IMG/VR virus record: IMGVR_UViG_3300028804_000001
Location: 96,001 to 160,000 of that record
DNA from: a virus
Lineage: Duplodnaviria; Caudoviricetes
Reading direction: 5' to 3' (one strand)
DNA length: 64,000 nucleotides
The notes under the pieces are model-generated. The model saw only the letters and a list, made by a program, of their open reading frames with translations. It made no database searches and had not been told where the DNA came from. Below, one piece after another: positions 48,261 through 59,221 of this stretch. Every line of letters starts with the position of its first letter. Position 1 is the stretch's first letter. The position numbers were made by a program, and so were the translations under genes.

Positions 48261-51004
48261 CTTCTTGTTGCCATAAGCACCGTGTAATCGTTAATCTCTG
48301 GGGTGGTAAAATACTTGCTAGCATCTCCCTTAAACATCTGAAGTTCGAGAGAGAAGCTATTGCCTATTGTATAATAGAGCACAGTAATCTGAGCCTGCCC
48401 AGGATCATTGGCGAATACAATGGTGTTCCCTTGTACAGTGTATGTTATATCTCTCTCGTCGAAAACTTCCTCTTCCTGATCATCCCGATACTTCGTTACA
48501 TTAAAAGCTTTTCGGTTGTTTACTTTAACAACTATAGGCTCATAAGTTACGCTGAAATTATCGGTATGGAAAAACATCCCGCGGCTAAGTTTCCACTTAG
48601 GACCTTGGAGTATTTTGATGTCAGTATATGGGAACCTGGTAAGCTGTACGCTGGAATCAGTAGTTCCATTAAATACTTCTTTATCGTTGTGGTTTAATAT
48701 GTTGCTCGAAAGTAGAACATAATCATAGAACAAGGGCATATAATGAACCCGGATGTCCTTACCATTCTTAAACCACTCTAACGGTAAGTTGATTACTGTC
48801 TTATTCTTGATATCTCCAGTAGAATCGATTCCGTATTGATGCTCATCTGAAGGAACAAAGAGGATCTTATCTACTTCAATAACTATCATATTCTTGATAT
48901 AGCTATTGGGTAGAGTAAAGGTAAGAAGACCACTGGGTGGTGGTGATGTAATATCTGACCACTTCTTCACTTCAGTAGAATTATGATACAGTCTTTGATT
49001 CTTAAGGATCGTATAGACTTCATTATCAACATCTACTACTTTGTTTTCTGGTATATAATAGTAATCATTGGTATTAAAGAGGCTTGCCTCTGAAAGGGTA
49101 GGAGTATAGGCATCAGCCGGTACGATACCCTTTGCTCCAGTCTTAGGAAGAAGAGCATATACGATCCCTCCCAGATCCCCGTCTATCCCTATGTAGGTTA
49201 TCTCAACACCTTCTTTAAATGATACGATTCTATCATCATCTGACTTAATGAATACATAATCGTTAAGATTGTAAGTGAGGAAGTTAATATCTACGTTTGG
49301 CTTTCCTGCCACTTTAACCATATCTATCCGGGTAGGTTCGTAAGCAGTATTGTTGTGATCCTTTGCTGCCGGATAGTAGGTCATTGTAAGGATAGAACTC
49401 TCATGCGCAGCGGGAGCTGTTATGAGAAGAGACCATCCAGTTGGAGTCTTGGCATAGAAGGAATAATCAGAAGAAGCAAGGAGCTGGCCGTCTAGATATA
49501 ACTCTGCACCCTCTTTAAAATCACCATCTACTATCTCGGGAATAAAGTTGGTGCTGGCTAGATATTGGTTATTGGTAAGATCGAAAATAGTAAGAAGTGT
49601 AGAGTCTGCAACTCTGCCGAATTCATCCAGAGTTGCTATAGGCAATCTTCTGGTATTGATATTGATGAAAGCCATCTCAACAGCTTCTCGAATTGTAAAG
49701 GTAGTCTTCTTTGTAACATCTAATGAAAATGCTACGATGTTGCCATTTACAGTTATGTCCTTGGATCTGAATGTTCCAAATGGTTCATACGAGATATTCT
49801 CTATAGCAAATAGTGTAAGACCGAGGATATAGTTTCTATCCCCATCATCGATGGTGGACTTCTCAATTTGATTTAAAACTCTATCTCTATCAAACAATAC
49901 ATTCTGGTTCTTAAGCGGGTTCATTCCATACAGTTCAGTTTTACGCTTAAGTTCATATTCTTTTAACTTCATCTGGAACTCATCCAGATCTAACTGCCGG
50001 TCATATGAGAAGCTCCCATTAACTCTGACATAATCTTTCTGTCCAAATACAATAAGAACTTCTGCTGCATTAATGATATCAGTGTCACCATTAATATCAG
50101 CTACTATGTTAAGCTCTTTGGCCGTATCTTCTCTATTTTGGTAGAAGGATATATTGGCAGTCTTAAGAGATATAGAATTAAGATCCTGGTTATATACTTC
50201 AGAATAAAACACACCAAGGACATCCATTACATCGGTTGAGAAGTAGCTGAATGTTATCCTATTAAGCTGCTGAACAGAAGGAAACTGAACTCTCAGGAGC
50301 ATTACAACTCCCTGATAGTCTTCTAGATTAAGGACAGAATAGTTTTTGTTTCGCGTGAAATTCTTTGAAGCCATAGAAACAAACCATGGCTTAAGAGGAT
50401 CTCTGCTATAGATATTATCGATAGGTGCCTGATCTACGATACTAACACCTTCCGTAAGTATTTCATAGGATATATTAGATCTCTCTTTTGTAGAGAGAAG
50501 CTTACCGGATCCGTTTAATCTTAATGAGCCGGTTACTTTGTTTACAGCAAGTTTACGCTCAGTCCCTTCAAAGTTATTATCATAGTTAAAGGTCTCATGA
50601 ACTAGAGTGTTATACAAACCCTTCTGAGAACTAATCTTCTTAAATACTCTGATCTTAGATTCATAATCCAGGATCCTATTAATTACTGGAACAACAGTGT
50701 TTTCATGAAGCTGTTCGATTTCCTGTAATCCAGAAGCCAGGTTCTCTAATCTTTTGTACGTAATGAGGTGATCAATAAACGATCCCTCCATACGCTTGTT
50801 CAGTTCTTCTACAGCTACATAGCTCTTTGGCTCTAATTGATCTCTTGGAATAAAAGACTGAAAGATCTCTACAGTATCTAGTTGGGATCCAATACGATCA
50901 ATATCTGCCTGCTTACGGAACAGCTTACTGTTGCGCAGCGTAGTAAGAATTATATCCCTTATTTCAACAATAGGGCTCTTGAGTCTGAACTTAAGATTAG
51001 CCAT
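48257..51004 (-). CDS. Putative baseplate/virion structural protein
   Basis: Coiled N-terminus, beta-rich body, C-terminal TPEINDYTV. Confidence 0.6.
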   Translation of the reverse strand: MANLKFRLKSPIVEIRDIILTTLRNSKLFRKQADIDRIGSQLDTVEIFQSFIPRDQLEPKSYVAVEELNKRMEGSFIDHLITYKRLENLASGLQEIEQLHENTVVPVINRILDYESKIRVFKKISSQKGLYNTLVHETFNYDNNFEGTERKLAVNKVTGSLRLNGSGKLLSTKERSNISYEILTEGVSIVDQAPIDNIYSRDPLKPWFVSMASKNFTRNKNYSVLNLEDYQGVVMLLRVQFPSVQQLNRITFSYFSTDVMDVLGVFYSEVYNQDLNSISLKTANISFYQNREDTAKELNIVADINGDTDIINAAEVLIVFGQKDYVRVNGSFSYDRQLDLDEFQMKLKEYELKRKTELYGMNPLKNQNVLFDRDRVLNQIEKSTIDDGDRNYILGLTLFAIENISYEPFGTFRSKDITVNGNIVAFSLDVTKKTTFTIREAVEMAFININTRRLPIATLDEFGRVADSTLLTIFDLTNNQYLASTNFIPEIVDGDFKEGAELYLDGQLLASSDYSFYAKTPTGWSLLITAPAAHESSILTMTYYPAAKDHNNTAYEPTRIDMVKVAGKPNVDINFLTYNLNDYVFIKSDDDRIVSFKEGVEITYIGIDGDLGGIVYALLPKTGAKGIVPADAYTPTLSEASLFNTNDYYYIPENKVVDVDNEVYTILKNQRLYHNSTEVKKWSDITSPPPSGLLTFTLPNSYIKNMIVIEVDKILFVPSDEHQYGIDSTGDIKNKTVINLPLEWFKNGKDIRVHYMPLFYDYVLLSSNILNHNDKEVFNGTTDSSVQLTRFPYTDIKILQGPKWKLSRGMFFHTDNFSVTYEPIVVKVNNRKAFNVTKYRDDQEEEVFDERDITYTVQGNTIVFANDPGQAQITVLYYTIGNSFSLELQMFKGDASKYFTTPEINDYTVLMATRR

Positions 51005-52896
51005 TATACATCCGGCTCCAATTCGATTTCAAAGTGGAACCCTTCTCTGGTATGTCTTTCCACCGTTGCTCTAATGTGATTGTTAGTCTTTTCCGTTGCA
51101 GTGGCTTTTGGATTTGGAGATCTTAAAGTATCCTCATCGTTGGCCATATATCTATCGAAAAGATTATCCCAGATAGACTGTTTGATTCTAATAAGAAGCC
51201 GGCCGGATATATCTATTGCTTCTCCGTTCCAGTATGTCCAGTCTCCACAATATTCATATTCCTTAATGAATCCACCACCACGTACACGAGAATCGTACAT
51301 GGTAATGAAATCCTCATCTACAGGAGTATCTACATAGAATATTCCCATTGGAAATGCTGTTGCATGAGAAGCAGGAACATTAAGATAGCTCTTTACTTCT
51401 TCTAGAATAGAAGCTCTATTGATTGCAAAGTATTGGAGAAAATCACGGCTGGCCCAGATAAGCTGAGTTCCATTATTAAATCTACTGAGTCGGTGTACAA
51501 ATATACTTCTAGTAGAGTTCGCTTTTAAATACTCCGAAGGAACAATATAGTATATATGATAAAAGTTAAAGGCAGTAGGATCTATGATCGGATTAACATT
51601 GTTTTCAATCAGAATACGCTTATCCAGGGTCCTATAAGATACCCTAACTCTATTATTTAAACCAAGATCCTGTTTAAATCTTACTATCTTCTCTTCAGTA
51701 GAGACACCAACAATTTCGATAGGAGCATTAGAAGTTTCTTCAAATGCTTCTATACCAACAACATTACCATCTCTATCAATTTCCCAGAGTGGGCGTTTGG
51801 TAATTCTAACCTCGTTCTTATTTATGTATTCTCCTGTCTCTTCTACCTTATCGATGGTTCTTCCTTGGGTAAGCTCTGGAGGAGTAAATGAATAGGTAAT
51901 ATGATTCAGCTTATCTCTATATACATACGAGTTTCCCTCGAGGATAATTCTCCAGGGGATTAGAGTGCTTGCATTAAGTGGTTTAGATAGAAACAATTTA
52001 GTATATACATTGTCTCTCTGACGAAAGGAGAACTTCTTGAATATGTTCTCATTATTCTTACTCTGGGATGAAATAACACGGAAGTTGTTATCCATAAATG
52101 GAACAACGGCAAATACATTCTTCTCGTTGTTATCGGTATCTCCAATGAACTGCTCTTCTATTCTCTGATAGATCCTGGTAGGATTAGTTCTTTCTGTAAT
52201 ACGTTCTGTATCACCATTGGGAAGCTTATGAGAATATACTACATCAAGGGGAGCTGAACTCTCTGTATAGATTGTACAGATATATTCATCAGGTGCTGCT
52301 TTCTCATATTGAATAGCATACCTGGATCTATCTGATTGTGAGATCTCTATATTGTTTAGAAGGGTCTCGAATGTTACCTCGAGATCAAATAATACACCAA
52401 GATTAAGAGTAAGTGTTCTACTAATATAGTTCAGGTAATATTCAATAATGTTGGCTCTTGATCCAGAAGGAAGAATTCTGTGAAGTTTCTCGGATCTATA
52501 AGTAATAATCCTTTCAGCCGGAGCCAAAGCCTGAATAGTAACCTTCCCTGGAATATTCTTCTGAGTGTACTTTCCCTCTGTGGCAGTTCTATTAAATACA
52601 GATACGTTAAGAGTATGCTTAAACCATAAAGGGAGTTCGCTCTTTAACTTCTGATCATAGAAATATACATCAGTTAAATCAATATTAGAGAACGGACTCT
52701 TTATATCGAGTTCTGTAATGCCTTCGAAGTGTTTAGTATTGGATTGAATAAAACCAATAGCCGGAGATGGATTTCCAGGAATAGCTGCAGATACATCATA
52801 ACCAAGAATTACATCCTGGCTTCGAATATCAACTGGCTCCACTAAAGCTAGAGGAACATCCTTTTCACCAACGGTATTCTTTATGTCGAAAAACAT
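51004..52896 (-). CDS. Putative virion structural protein
   Basis: C-terminal DSRVRGGG motif recalled from jumbo-phage virion proteins. Confidence 0.55.
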   Translation of the reverse strand: MFFDIKNTVGEKDVPLALVEPVDIRSQDVILGYDVSAAIPGNPSPAIGFIQSNTKHFEGITELDIKSPFSNIDLTDVYFYDQKLKSELPLWFKHTLNVSVFNRTATEGKYTQKNIPGKVTIQALAPAERIITYRSEKLHRILPSGSRANIIEYYLNYISRTLTLNLGVLFDLEVTFETLLNNIEISQSDRSRYAIQYEKAAPDEYICTIYTESSAPLDVVYSHKLPNGDTERITERTNPTRIYQRIEEQFIGDTDNNEKNVFAVVPFMDNNFRVISSQSKNNENIFKKFSFRQRDNVYTKLFLSKPLNASTLIPWRIILEGNSYVYRDKLNHITYSFTPPELTQGRTIDKVEETGEYINKNEVRITKRPLWEIDRDGNVVGIEAFEETSNAPIEIVGVSTEEKIVRFKQDLGLNNRVRVSYRTLDKRILIENNVNPIIDPTAFNFYHIYYIVPSEYLKANSTRSIFVHRLSRFNNGTQLIWASRDFLQYFAINRASILEEVKSYLNVPASHATAFPMGIFYVDTPVDEDFITMYDSRVRGGGFIKEYEYCGDWTYWNGEAIDISGRLLIRIKQSIWDNLFDRYMANDEDTLRSPNPKATATEKTNNHIRATVERHTREGFHFEIELEPDV

Positions 52897-53744
52897 TACA
52901 GATCCTTATCTAGCTTAGTATCATTATCAGGGTTTTGAGAAAGACGCTGCAGAATATCTTCTATACTATTCAGTGCTACCATCATTCCTTTAATCGTCTC
53001 TTCTAACAAGAAGTCCGAGTTTGAAGTTGGCATAGTAAAGCTAGTTTCAATAGCTTCACCAAATTCGAAGTTAAGATAGTCGTTTAAAGAACTGAGCTCT
53101 GTAGAGATCTCGTTAATATGAAGCAGGGATATTGGGGTAATATACTTAATAAGGTTGTTGGATCCTCTATTCTGATTATCTGGTCCACCAATCCACAGCG
53201 GTCTATTCTGTTTTAAGAAAAGCCAGGCATCATCAATACCATGTCTTAATCCAGCAACAAGATCATAAGAAGCCCCACTGGATACTCTTTGAAATGTTAC
53301 ACCGTATTTCTTATTCAGATTATCTATAGTATCATCTGAGAATAGAACATCCGGAGAAAGAGGAACATATTTAGCATATACGATTCCAATATCAGTGCTA
53401 TCCCCAGTTGGAACAACGTGTATTAATCTAACCTTACGAAGGGAAGAGTTATATGTGAAGTGAGTTCCAGCTGTAAGTTTTCTACCATTCTGGTAAACTT
53501 CAACTGTCCCACTTCTAGCTTTCATTGTAGTGTTATAGCTATCCCTAATAAGAGAAGATGGAAACCTGAAGTTATATTCCTGGAAGAATGCCAGGTTCTC
53601 AGAACGAAGTTCGAACGGACGTAGTATATCAAATACTACCCTGTTATAGAAAATGTTCTGCTTACTCTCGGGGAGAGTAGCTCCATCAAATGGCGAAGGC
53701 CATTGGGTTAATGCGTATCTTTTATCTTCTTTAACCCAGCCCAT
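52896..53744 (-). CDS. Putative virion structural protein
   Basis: VYQNGRKLTAGTHFT Ig-like segment; HINEI. Confidence 0.55.
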   Translation of the reverse strand: MGWVKEDKRYALTQWPSPFDGATLPESKQNIFYNRVVFDILRPFELRSENLAFFQEYNFRFPSSLIRDSYNTTMKARSGTVEVYQNGRKLTAGTHFTYNSSLRKVRLIHVVPTGDSTDIGIVYAKYVPLSPDVLFSDDTIDNLNKKYGVTFQRVSSGASYDLVAGLRHGIDDAWLFLKQNRPLWIGGPDNQNRGSNNLIKYITPISLLHINEISTELSSLNDYLNFEFGEAIETSFTMPTSNSDFLLEETIKGMMVALNSIEDILQRLSQNPDNDTKLDKDL

Positions 53745-53745
53745 T

Positions 53746-55395
53746 TTAAAACCCATATATAGAACTAGAATCAAGAGTTATGAAATTCTTTCCTAGATCT
53801 ATTTGTTTGAGGATCATTATGTTTTGTCCAATATCTGCACCGGCAAGAACAAAATCTAAGCGTAACATTGAACCTTGTATTGATATATCTCGTATAGTAA
53901 TACTTCTTGGAGTTCTACCAAGAACCTGACTTTCCACAAAATCAGAAGCAGTGAAGATCTCTAAGTTAAGAGTGGAACTTACTCCATCCACTAGGATATA
54001 AGTTTCTCCATCCGGACCTGTTCTAACATCATGAGTAGAGAATATGAAGTTGCTCACTTCAGAGAACAGGAATAATTTACCATCCACTTTATTGAAGTTT
54101 CTGATATTGAATGTTTGAAGAGTAGTTCCATTTAACCCAAAGCTTATCTGTACATCCTGTTCTCTAGCAGGAATTAACGGGGACATAAAGTATAGAATAC
54201 CAATACCATCTTTGTTTACAGTGCATCTAGTAGAGTAATCAAATGGTCCATTAGAAGATCCAGATATAAGCCCTTCTGTTTTAAGAATTACCTTATCTTG
54301 ATTGGCAGCAATACTGTTTAAAAGAAATCCATTCTCAAATAAGAATCTTTCACTGGGGGATGGATTCAATAAGTTATACTGTGTGTAGTATTCATTGTAT
54401 TCTCCTACCACTACATCAACCGGAAGATTCAGATTATCCGTAAATGATCTAGTGATCCAAGCATCTATAGTTAGATTCTTAATTAGGTTATTCCGGAAGT
54501 TATAGATTTCGAATACTACTGTAGTCATCCCACCAGCTGTTCTGTTGGATTGATCTACAATACGAACTCTATCTGGAATCTTAGGATCCAGGTCAGGATT
54601 AAGAACAAGAAAGCCAGGCCTTGTAATCCTAGACATAGGATTAAAGTTATCCCCGGTAAGAGCTTTTAAAGCTGAACGTTCGTACTCAACTATAAAATAA
54701 GCTTTTCCTGGTGATTCTGGAAGAGGAAGTTCAAACTCAAAAAGAGATTTAACTGGTCTATCATGTATCTTTAATTGATTATAAAAGATATCATAGATAT
54801 ATGTAGATGGATCCAATGGATTAGAAACTCTAAGAGGTTCCCAATATGTAAAGCATTGAGAAATGGGAATTTCTGGCGGAACAGATAGAGGATACATCCC
54901 ACTACTATCGAAACAGATATCATAACCAGTCTCTGCAAATCTATATAAAGGTCCCGCCTCATTGAGATATTTAGAATACATTATCTTCTTGTTGGTAATG
55001 AGTTCATCTAAATATACTCCACCAAAATCTTCTAAGTTAAAAGGACCGAATAACCCAATATGAGAATGTCCATTAGGGTAATCTTTTAGTGGGATAGATG
55101 GCTCTAATACACTTAAATCCACTTCAACTACTTCAGTCACTTTCTGTGAATGGAGATAGTATTCTTTATCTCCTATATAGAAGAACCCCGGATTAACTTC
55201 GAAATCGATTATGGTTCTGTTATCCTGTGTAACATCTCCATCGAGTCCCACTACTCCGCGGAAACAGGTTGGATCTATATTAAGATTCTCTGGCTCCTTG
55301 ATATGTATCAAGTTTCCAGAATAGAGATCTGGCTTATCCCCAGATCCCTGAATCATATCAGGAATCATAACTACTGTAGATTTAGACTGTGACAT
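53746..55395 (-). CDS. Putative virion structural protein
   Basis: VNPGFFYIGDKEYYL, NFNPM...PGFL; in baseplate operon. Confidence 0.55.
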   Translation of the reverse strand: MSQSKSTVVMIPDMIQGSGDKPDLYSGNLIHIKEPENLNIDPTCFRGVVGLDGDVTQDNRTIIDFEVNPGFFYIGDKEYYLHSQKVTEVVEVDLSVLEPSIPLKDYPNGHSHIGLFGPFNLEDFGGVYLDELITNKKIMYSKYLNEAGPLYRFAETGYDICFDSSGMYPLSVPPEIPISQCFTYWEPLRVSNPLDPSTYIYDIFYNQLKIHDRPVKSLFEFELPLPESPGKAYFIVEYERSALKALTGDNFNPMSRITRPGFLVLNPDLDPKIPDRVRIVDQSNRTAGGMTTVVFEIYNFRNNLIKNLTIDAWITRSFTDNLNLPVDVVVGEYNEYYTQYNLLNPSPSERFLFENGFLLNSIAANQDKVILKTEGLISGSSNGPFDYSTRCTVNKDGIGILYFMSPLIPAREQDVQISFGLNGTTLQTFNIRNFNKVDGKLFLFSEVSNFIFSTHDVRTGPDGETYILVDGVSSTLNLEIFTASDFVESQVLGRTPRSITIRDISIQGSMLRLDFVLAGADIGQNIMILKQIDLGKNFITLDSSSIYGF

Positions 55396-56714
55396 TATGA
55401 TATTCCTGATCCTGCACCCTTAATCCCATTAAACGCTGTCTTATTCAAGAACAATTCCCGTTGATATACTTTAGCAAATGCCGGCCCAAATTGGACTATT
55501 TGCTCTTGAGTGGAAGTAACCGATATATTATTATCTGTGAAATCTCCTACTCCGGCGGGAGGAGGTGCTATAAACTTCATACCCTTAACTTGATCTAGTG
55601 TATAGCTAGCCACTTTTATCTTTCCTAACCAATTTCCATCATTAGCATTGATTGATTCGAAAGACTTCCCATCGGAGGATACACTTTTGACTAATGCATT
55701 ATGCGCAAGATTTAAAGGATTTGCCCCAGGGAAACACATGATCGCACCTACTGTAGGTTTATCTGAAAAGTTTATATCTGGTAATACTTTTTTAAACTTC
55801 TCCTCTACATAAGCTATAGTCATTGGCTTGGGAGCATTACTATCCCAGAATCTAAAACCGTCACGTACCTTTGCCGCAAGCTCAGCTCTGCCTGCTTTTT
55901 CATATGCTAGAACCCATATAGTTCTACAGAAGTCATCACAGAATAAACCAGTCCCATTATAACCAGACTTCTGAACCATTAGATTTTTTAATTCGGATGC
56001 ATTAGAACCAGTATTACTCCAAGAAAAAATCCATGTTTGCTCATTTGGATGTGAATATGGTGTTGCATCCACTCCCACATATTTAGAAGCAATTTCAACA
56101 ATGATATTTCCTATATTACTAGTATTATTACTATTCGCGCTGTAGCGAACAGCTGCTGCATTTAATGCCTTAAAATAACTAATACCATTGCCAACTTTTG
56201 TTCGTAAAAACGATTTTGAGTATTGGACAGAGTTACCACTTCCGCCCGACAGGTAACCTTTAAATCCATCTCCCCAAGGATCGTGGACTATCCAATTATT
56301 ATTAGTTTCTCCAATTATTAAAATAATATGGCCAAAATCTGTTAAACGTGTACTAGTGACAACTGGCGAACCAATGGATAAAGCTTTTTTGATTTCAGAT
56401 TCTGGAATATTTGTAGTATCGTAGATATCTTTAAACTCACCTTTTACTCCTATCGAGTTTAATCTTTTTAAACATAAAGGCCAATGACTAGATCTAGTAA
56501 TTCTCGCTACTCCTGTATATGTATTAGTTAATTCTTTAACATAGTCCGTTTCGAAATCTTTTGAAGTTTCGGCTTCCTTTATCCAAGTAGAAAGAAGCAT
56601 AATAAAACTTGTTGCCATACACTGACTACTAAAAGGAAAATCGGGGAAGGATTTGTTATCCCTTTGACTGTTATATGGTATATCAATTTTTATTAAAGGG
56701 GTTTCATCTGCCAT
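55395..56714 (-). CDS. C39-like peptidase + CHAP domain cell-wall hydrolase
   Basis: PYNSQRDN, QCMATS, GHIILIIG, VHDPWG (C39_2); ASKYVG, FCDDFC, PTVGAI, HNALV (CHAP). Confidence 0.8.
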   Translation of the reverse strand: MADETPLIKIDIPYNSQRDNKSFPDFPFSSQCMATSFIMLLSTWIKEAETSKDFETDYVKELTNTYTGVARITRSSHWPLCLKRLNSIGVKGEFKDIYDTTNIPESEIKKALSIGSPVVTSTRLTDFGHIILIIGETNNNWIVHDPWGDGFKGYLSGGSGNSVQYSKSFLRTKVGNGISYFKALNAAAVRYSANSNNTSNIGNIIVEIASKYVGVDATPYSHPNEQTWIFSWSNTGSNASELKNLMVQKSGYNGTGLFCDDFCRTIWVLAYEKAGRAELAAKVRDGFRFWDSNAPKPMTIAYVEEKFKKVLPDINFSDKPTVGAIMCFPGANPLNLAHNALVKSVSSDGKSFESINANDGNWLGKIKVASYTLDQVKGMKFIAPPPAGVGDFTDNNISVTSTQEQIVQFGPAFAKVYQRELFLNKTAFNGIKGAGSGIS

Positions 56715-56716
56715 TG

Positions 56717-59221
56717 CTATAATCTCCACGAAGCATTGGTAGATTCAGAAAAGTGCTTATTAAAACTAAGAGCGGTCCATTGATTTTCTTTTAATAGTTC
56801 ACCACTCTGTACGCCAGAGTCAAAGAAAGAAATATCTCCTATAGTTTTATCCCACTTGGAGTTATCCTTTTCTCTAAAAGCAGAAATAAGTTCATCTCTT
56901 TTGGTTAGATCGTTGATCCACCTATCTCTATATTTACCAGCATGAAGTAGATCTTCTATTATTACTTTATGCTTTTGTTCATCTACTAGATATACGAAAT
57001 TTGGAAGAACTAAATCATCAAAGTTAGAAGCATGCAGATTATTAACTGCATCAACTGTATCATAAAATATAAGAGCTCTTTGTCCTTTATGTTTATTAAC
57101 TATATATGGGCATAGTTCGAAACTCATTGCCCCATTAAAAATTTCAATACTATCATTTTCTGAAATTGTATTTCCAGATATGTTCCAACTTCCAATAACC
57201 GGGATGTTTCCATTTGAATCAGTTACTACTGACATACTATTTTTAGAAAAGGTGGACTTATCAAATTCTGTAGAGTAGTTACTAAACTCATCTGGCAAAT
57301 CAATAGTTGCCCCAGATGGGATTATTAGATTCTTAAGCTTTAGATTAAATGTTCCCGGCTCTGAAAAATCTTCATACTTTGTGAAAGCATAGAGATATAG
57401 CTTTCTAAGAACATCATCAACAATAAGAATTCGAACTGGATAGAATCCAGTATAAACACCTTTTAAACTAACTGTAAATTTTTCATGTGGTCTAATAGTT
57501 TCTATCTGGCTAGGCGGAATTCCAAGTTCTCTTCCAATACCATAGAGCATTCCTCTTTTATCATTACCTTGAAGGTGCTTCCAGAAATCTAAAATACGAT
57601 CTCTATATTGAATATTAGTTTCACCGGGGATCCTTTTAAGTCCCCAGTTATAACCATAATCATCGACAGAGTTTTGAACTTTTCTAGGAACTAGAACTAT
57701 CTCTCTCGGAGGAATAACAATCTCAGATCCCAATGTTCCAACTGGTGTAGTTGCAGTTGCTGTTACAGAAACATTCTTAGAAAGATAGAGAGTCCTAGTA
57801 TTAGATTCTAAGAAAGAATACTTACGGATAAGATTAAATGTATACAATACATTCTTGCCTTCATCCGTTCTAGCGCATACTAATAGAATATCCGGGTTAG
57901 CTAGTGTGCATATAAATGTAACTTCTCCGGTAACATCTATATCATAAAAAGAATCTGTAGATTCTACAGCTTCTCTAGAAGCATCAAAACCATATACTCT
58001 GTATTTGCCAGTTGATATACTTCTAGTGAGAAGAAGGACAATATCATCAATAGAAGTAAGAGCTAATGCATTGTATTCATAAGCCTGAGACCAGGATACT
58101 TTTACTTTATACGCATTAAGGTTTTCAACCTTGGCAAAGTTAACATTCTTATTCTGATCTATTTCTATGAATGTATCACTGATAGATAAATAGGTAGAAG
58201 CATAAATTCCCGGCTGCTTCTCAATATCAGATAATAGAATACTAGAACCAAGGGTATTGGTATTAACAGTAAATACACTATTCTCTACCTTATGAATCTG
58301 TCCTATCTGAGGTTCAGGTATAGAAACATAAGTAACAGTAAAGGCTGGAATTGCAGTAGGAAGAAGGATTAGGGTTCCTTTTTCAAAAGCTACAAACAGT
58401 AATCTTTGAATAGTATTAAGTTCGAACTGTCCAATAGATCCATCTCCATTGGCATCCATTGTACGATATTTAAGATTCCATTCATGTGGATCTGCTTTCT
58501 CAAAGGTAAGACCTTCTACATTCTGAAACTCTGCAAGGTCTTCATCATCGATAATACCATTGGCATTAACATCATACGCATTCTGATATTCATCAGTTCT
58601 AGTAATCTCTTGAACTGTGTATTTAGTAATATTATTGCCGGCTTGATCAACAACACTGGAGATCTTAATAGCTCCTGGAATAAAGCAGAATCTAGTATCA
58701 TGAACCTTCTTCTGAAGAGAAGCTCCCACTTTAAAAGGAGCAGTTGTAAAACTAGTTTCAAGGCCGGAAACTAAATCATAAGTAAGTAAGTCTCCATCTT
58801 CAGTAACTAAGCGAAGAGTATTTATATCTAAAGCAGCACCAGATATAAGCTTCTCAGAAACAGAAAGCTCATGTGTTTTAGAGAGTTCTAATGCATTAAA
58901 GGTATTAGTAAAGAACTTATCAAAATCACTTATATTGGTAACTTCTATATCATTGATAGTAATGAGTTCATTAGGAGCAATAGGATCTCTATTTACCCAT
59001 AAGTATTCTGGTTCATACAATGGAAGGCTAACCGCATGAAATCTGCGGAGCATCTCCAATCCTTCTCTAGCTATGTCCTGCTTAACAGAAAGAATAGTGT
59101 TCCCAAAGTAATAATGGAACGTACGCTTATCATGATAAAGCTCACGCCATGGCTGCACATGAAGTGCAACTTCGTCAGCTACGGCAGAATGTTCATGAAT
59201 TGGTATACTAAGTCTTTTCAT
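56717..59221 (-). CDS. Baseplate wedge-like protein with EF-hand/dockerin-like repeats
   Basis: DDYG..WGL.R.PGETN..YRDRI wedge motif; DVNANGIIDDEDL and DANGDGSIGQFEL. Confidence 0.6.
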   Translation of the reverse strand: MKRLSIPIHEHSAVADEVALHVQPWRELYHDKRTFHYYFGNTILSVKQDIAREGLEMLRRFHAVSLPLYEPEYLWVNRDPIAPNELITINDIEVTNISDFDKFFTNTFNALELSKTHELSVSEKLISGAALDINTLRLVTEDGDLLTYDLVSGLETSFTTAPFKVGASLQKKVHDTRFCFIPGAIKISSVVDQAGNNITKYTVQEITRTDEYQNAYDVNANGIIDDEDLAEFQNVEGLTFEKADPHEWNLKYRTMDANGDGSIGQFELNTIQRLLFVAFEKGTLILLPTAIPAFTVTYVSIPEPQIGQIHKVENSVFTVNTNTLGSSILLSDIEKQPGIYASTYLSISDTFIEIDQNKNVNFAKVENLNAYKVKVSWSQAYEYNALALTSIDDIVLLLTRSISTGKYRVYGFDASREAVESTDSFYDIDVTGEVTFICTLANPDILLVCARTDEGKNVLYTFNLIRKYSFLESNTRTLYLSKNVSVTATATTPVGTLGSEIVIPPREIVLVPRKVQNSVDDYGYNWGLKRIPGETNIQYRDRILDFWKHLQGNDKRGMLYGIGRELGIPPSQIETIRPHEKFTVSLKGVYTGFYPVRILIVDDVLRKLYLYAFTKYEDFSEPGTFNLKLKNLIIPSGATIDLPDEFSNYSTEFDKSTFSKNSMSVVTDSNGNIPVIGSWNISGNTISENDSIEIFNGAMSFELCPYIVNKHKGQRALIFYDTVDAVNNLHASNFDDLVLPNFVYLVDEQKHKVIIEDLLHAGKYRDRWINDLTKRDELISAFREKDNSKWDKTIGDISFFDSGVQSGELLKENQWTALSFNKHFSESTNASWRL

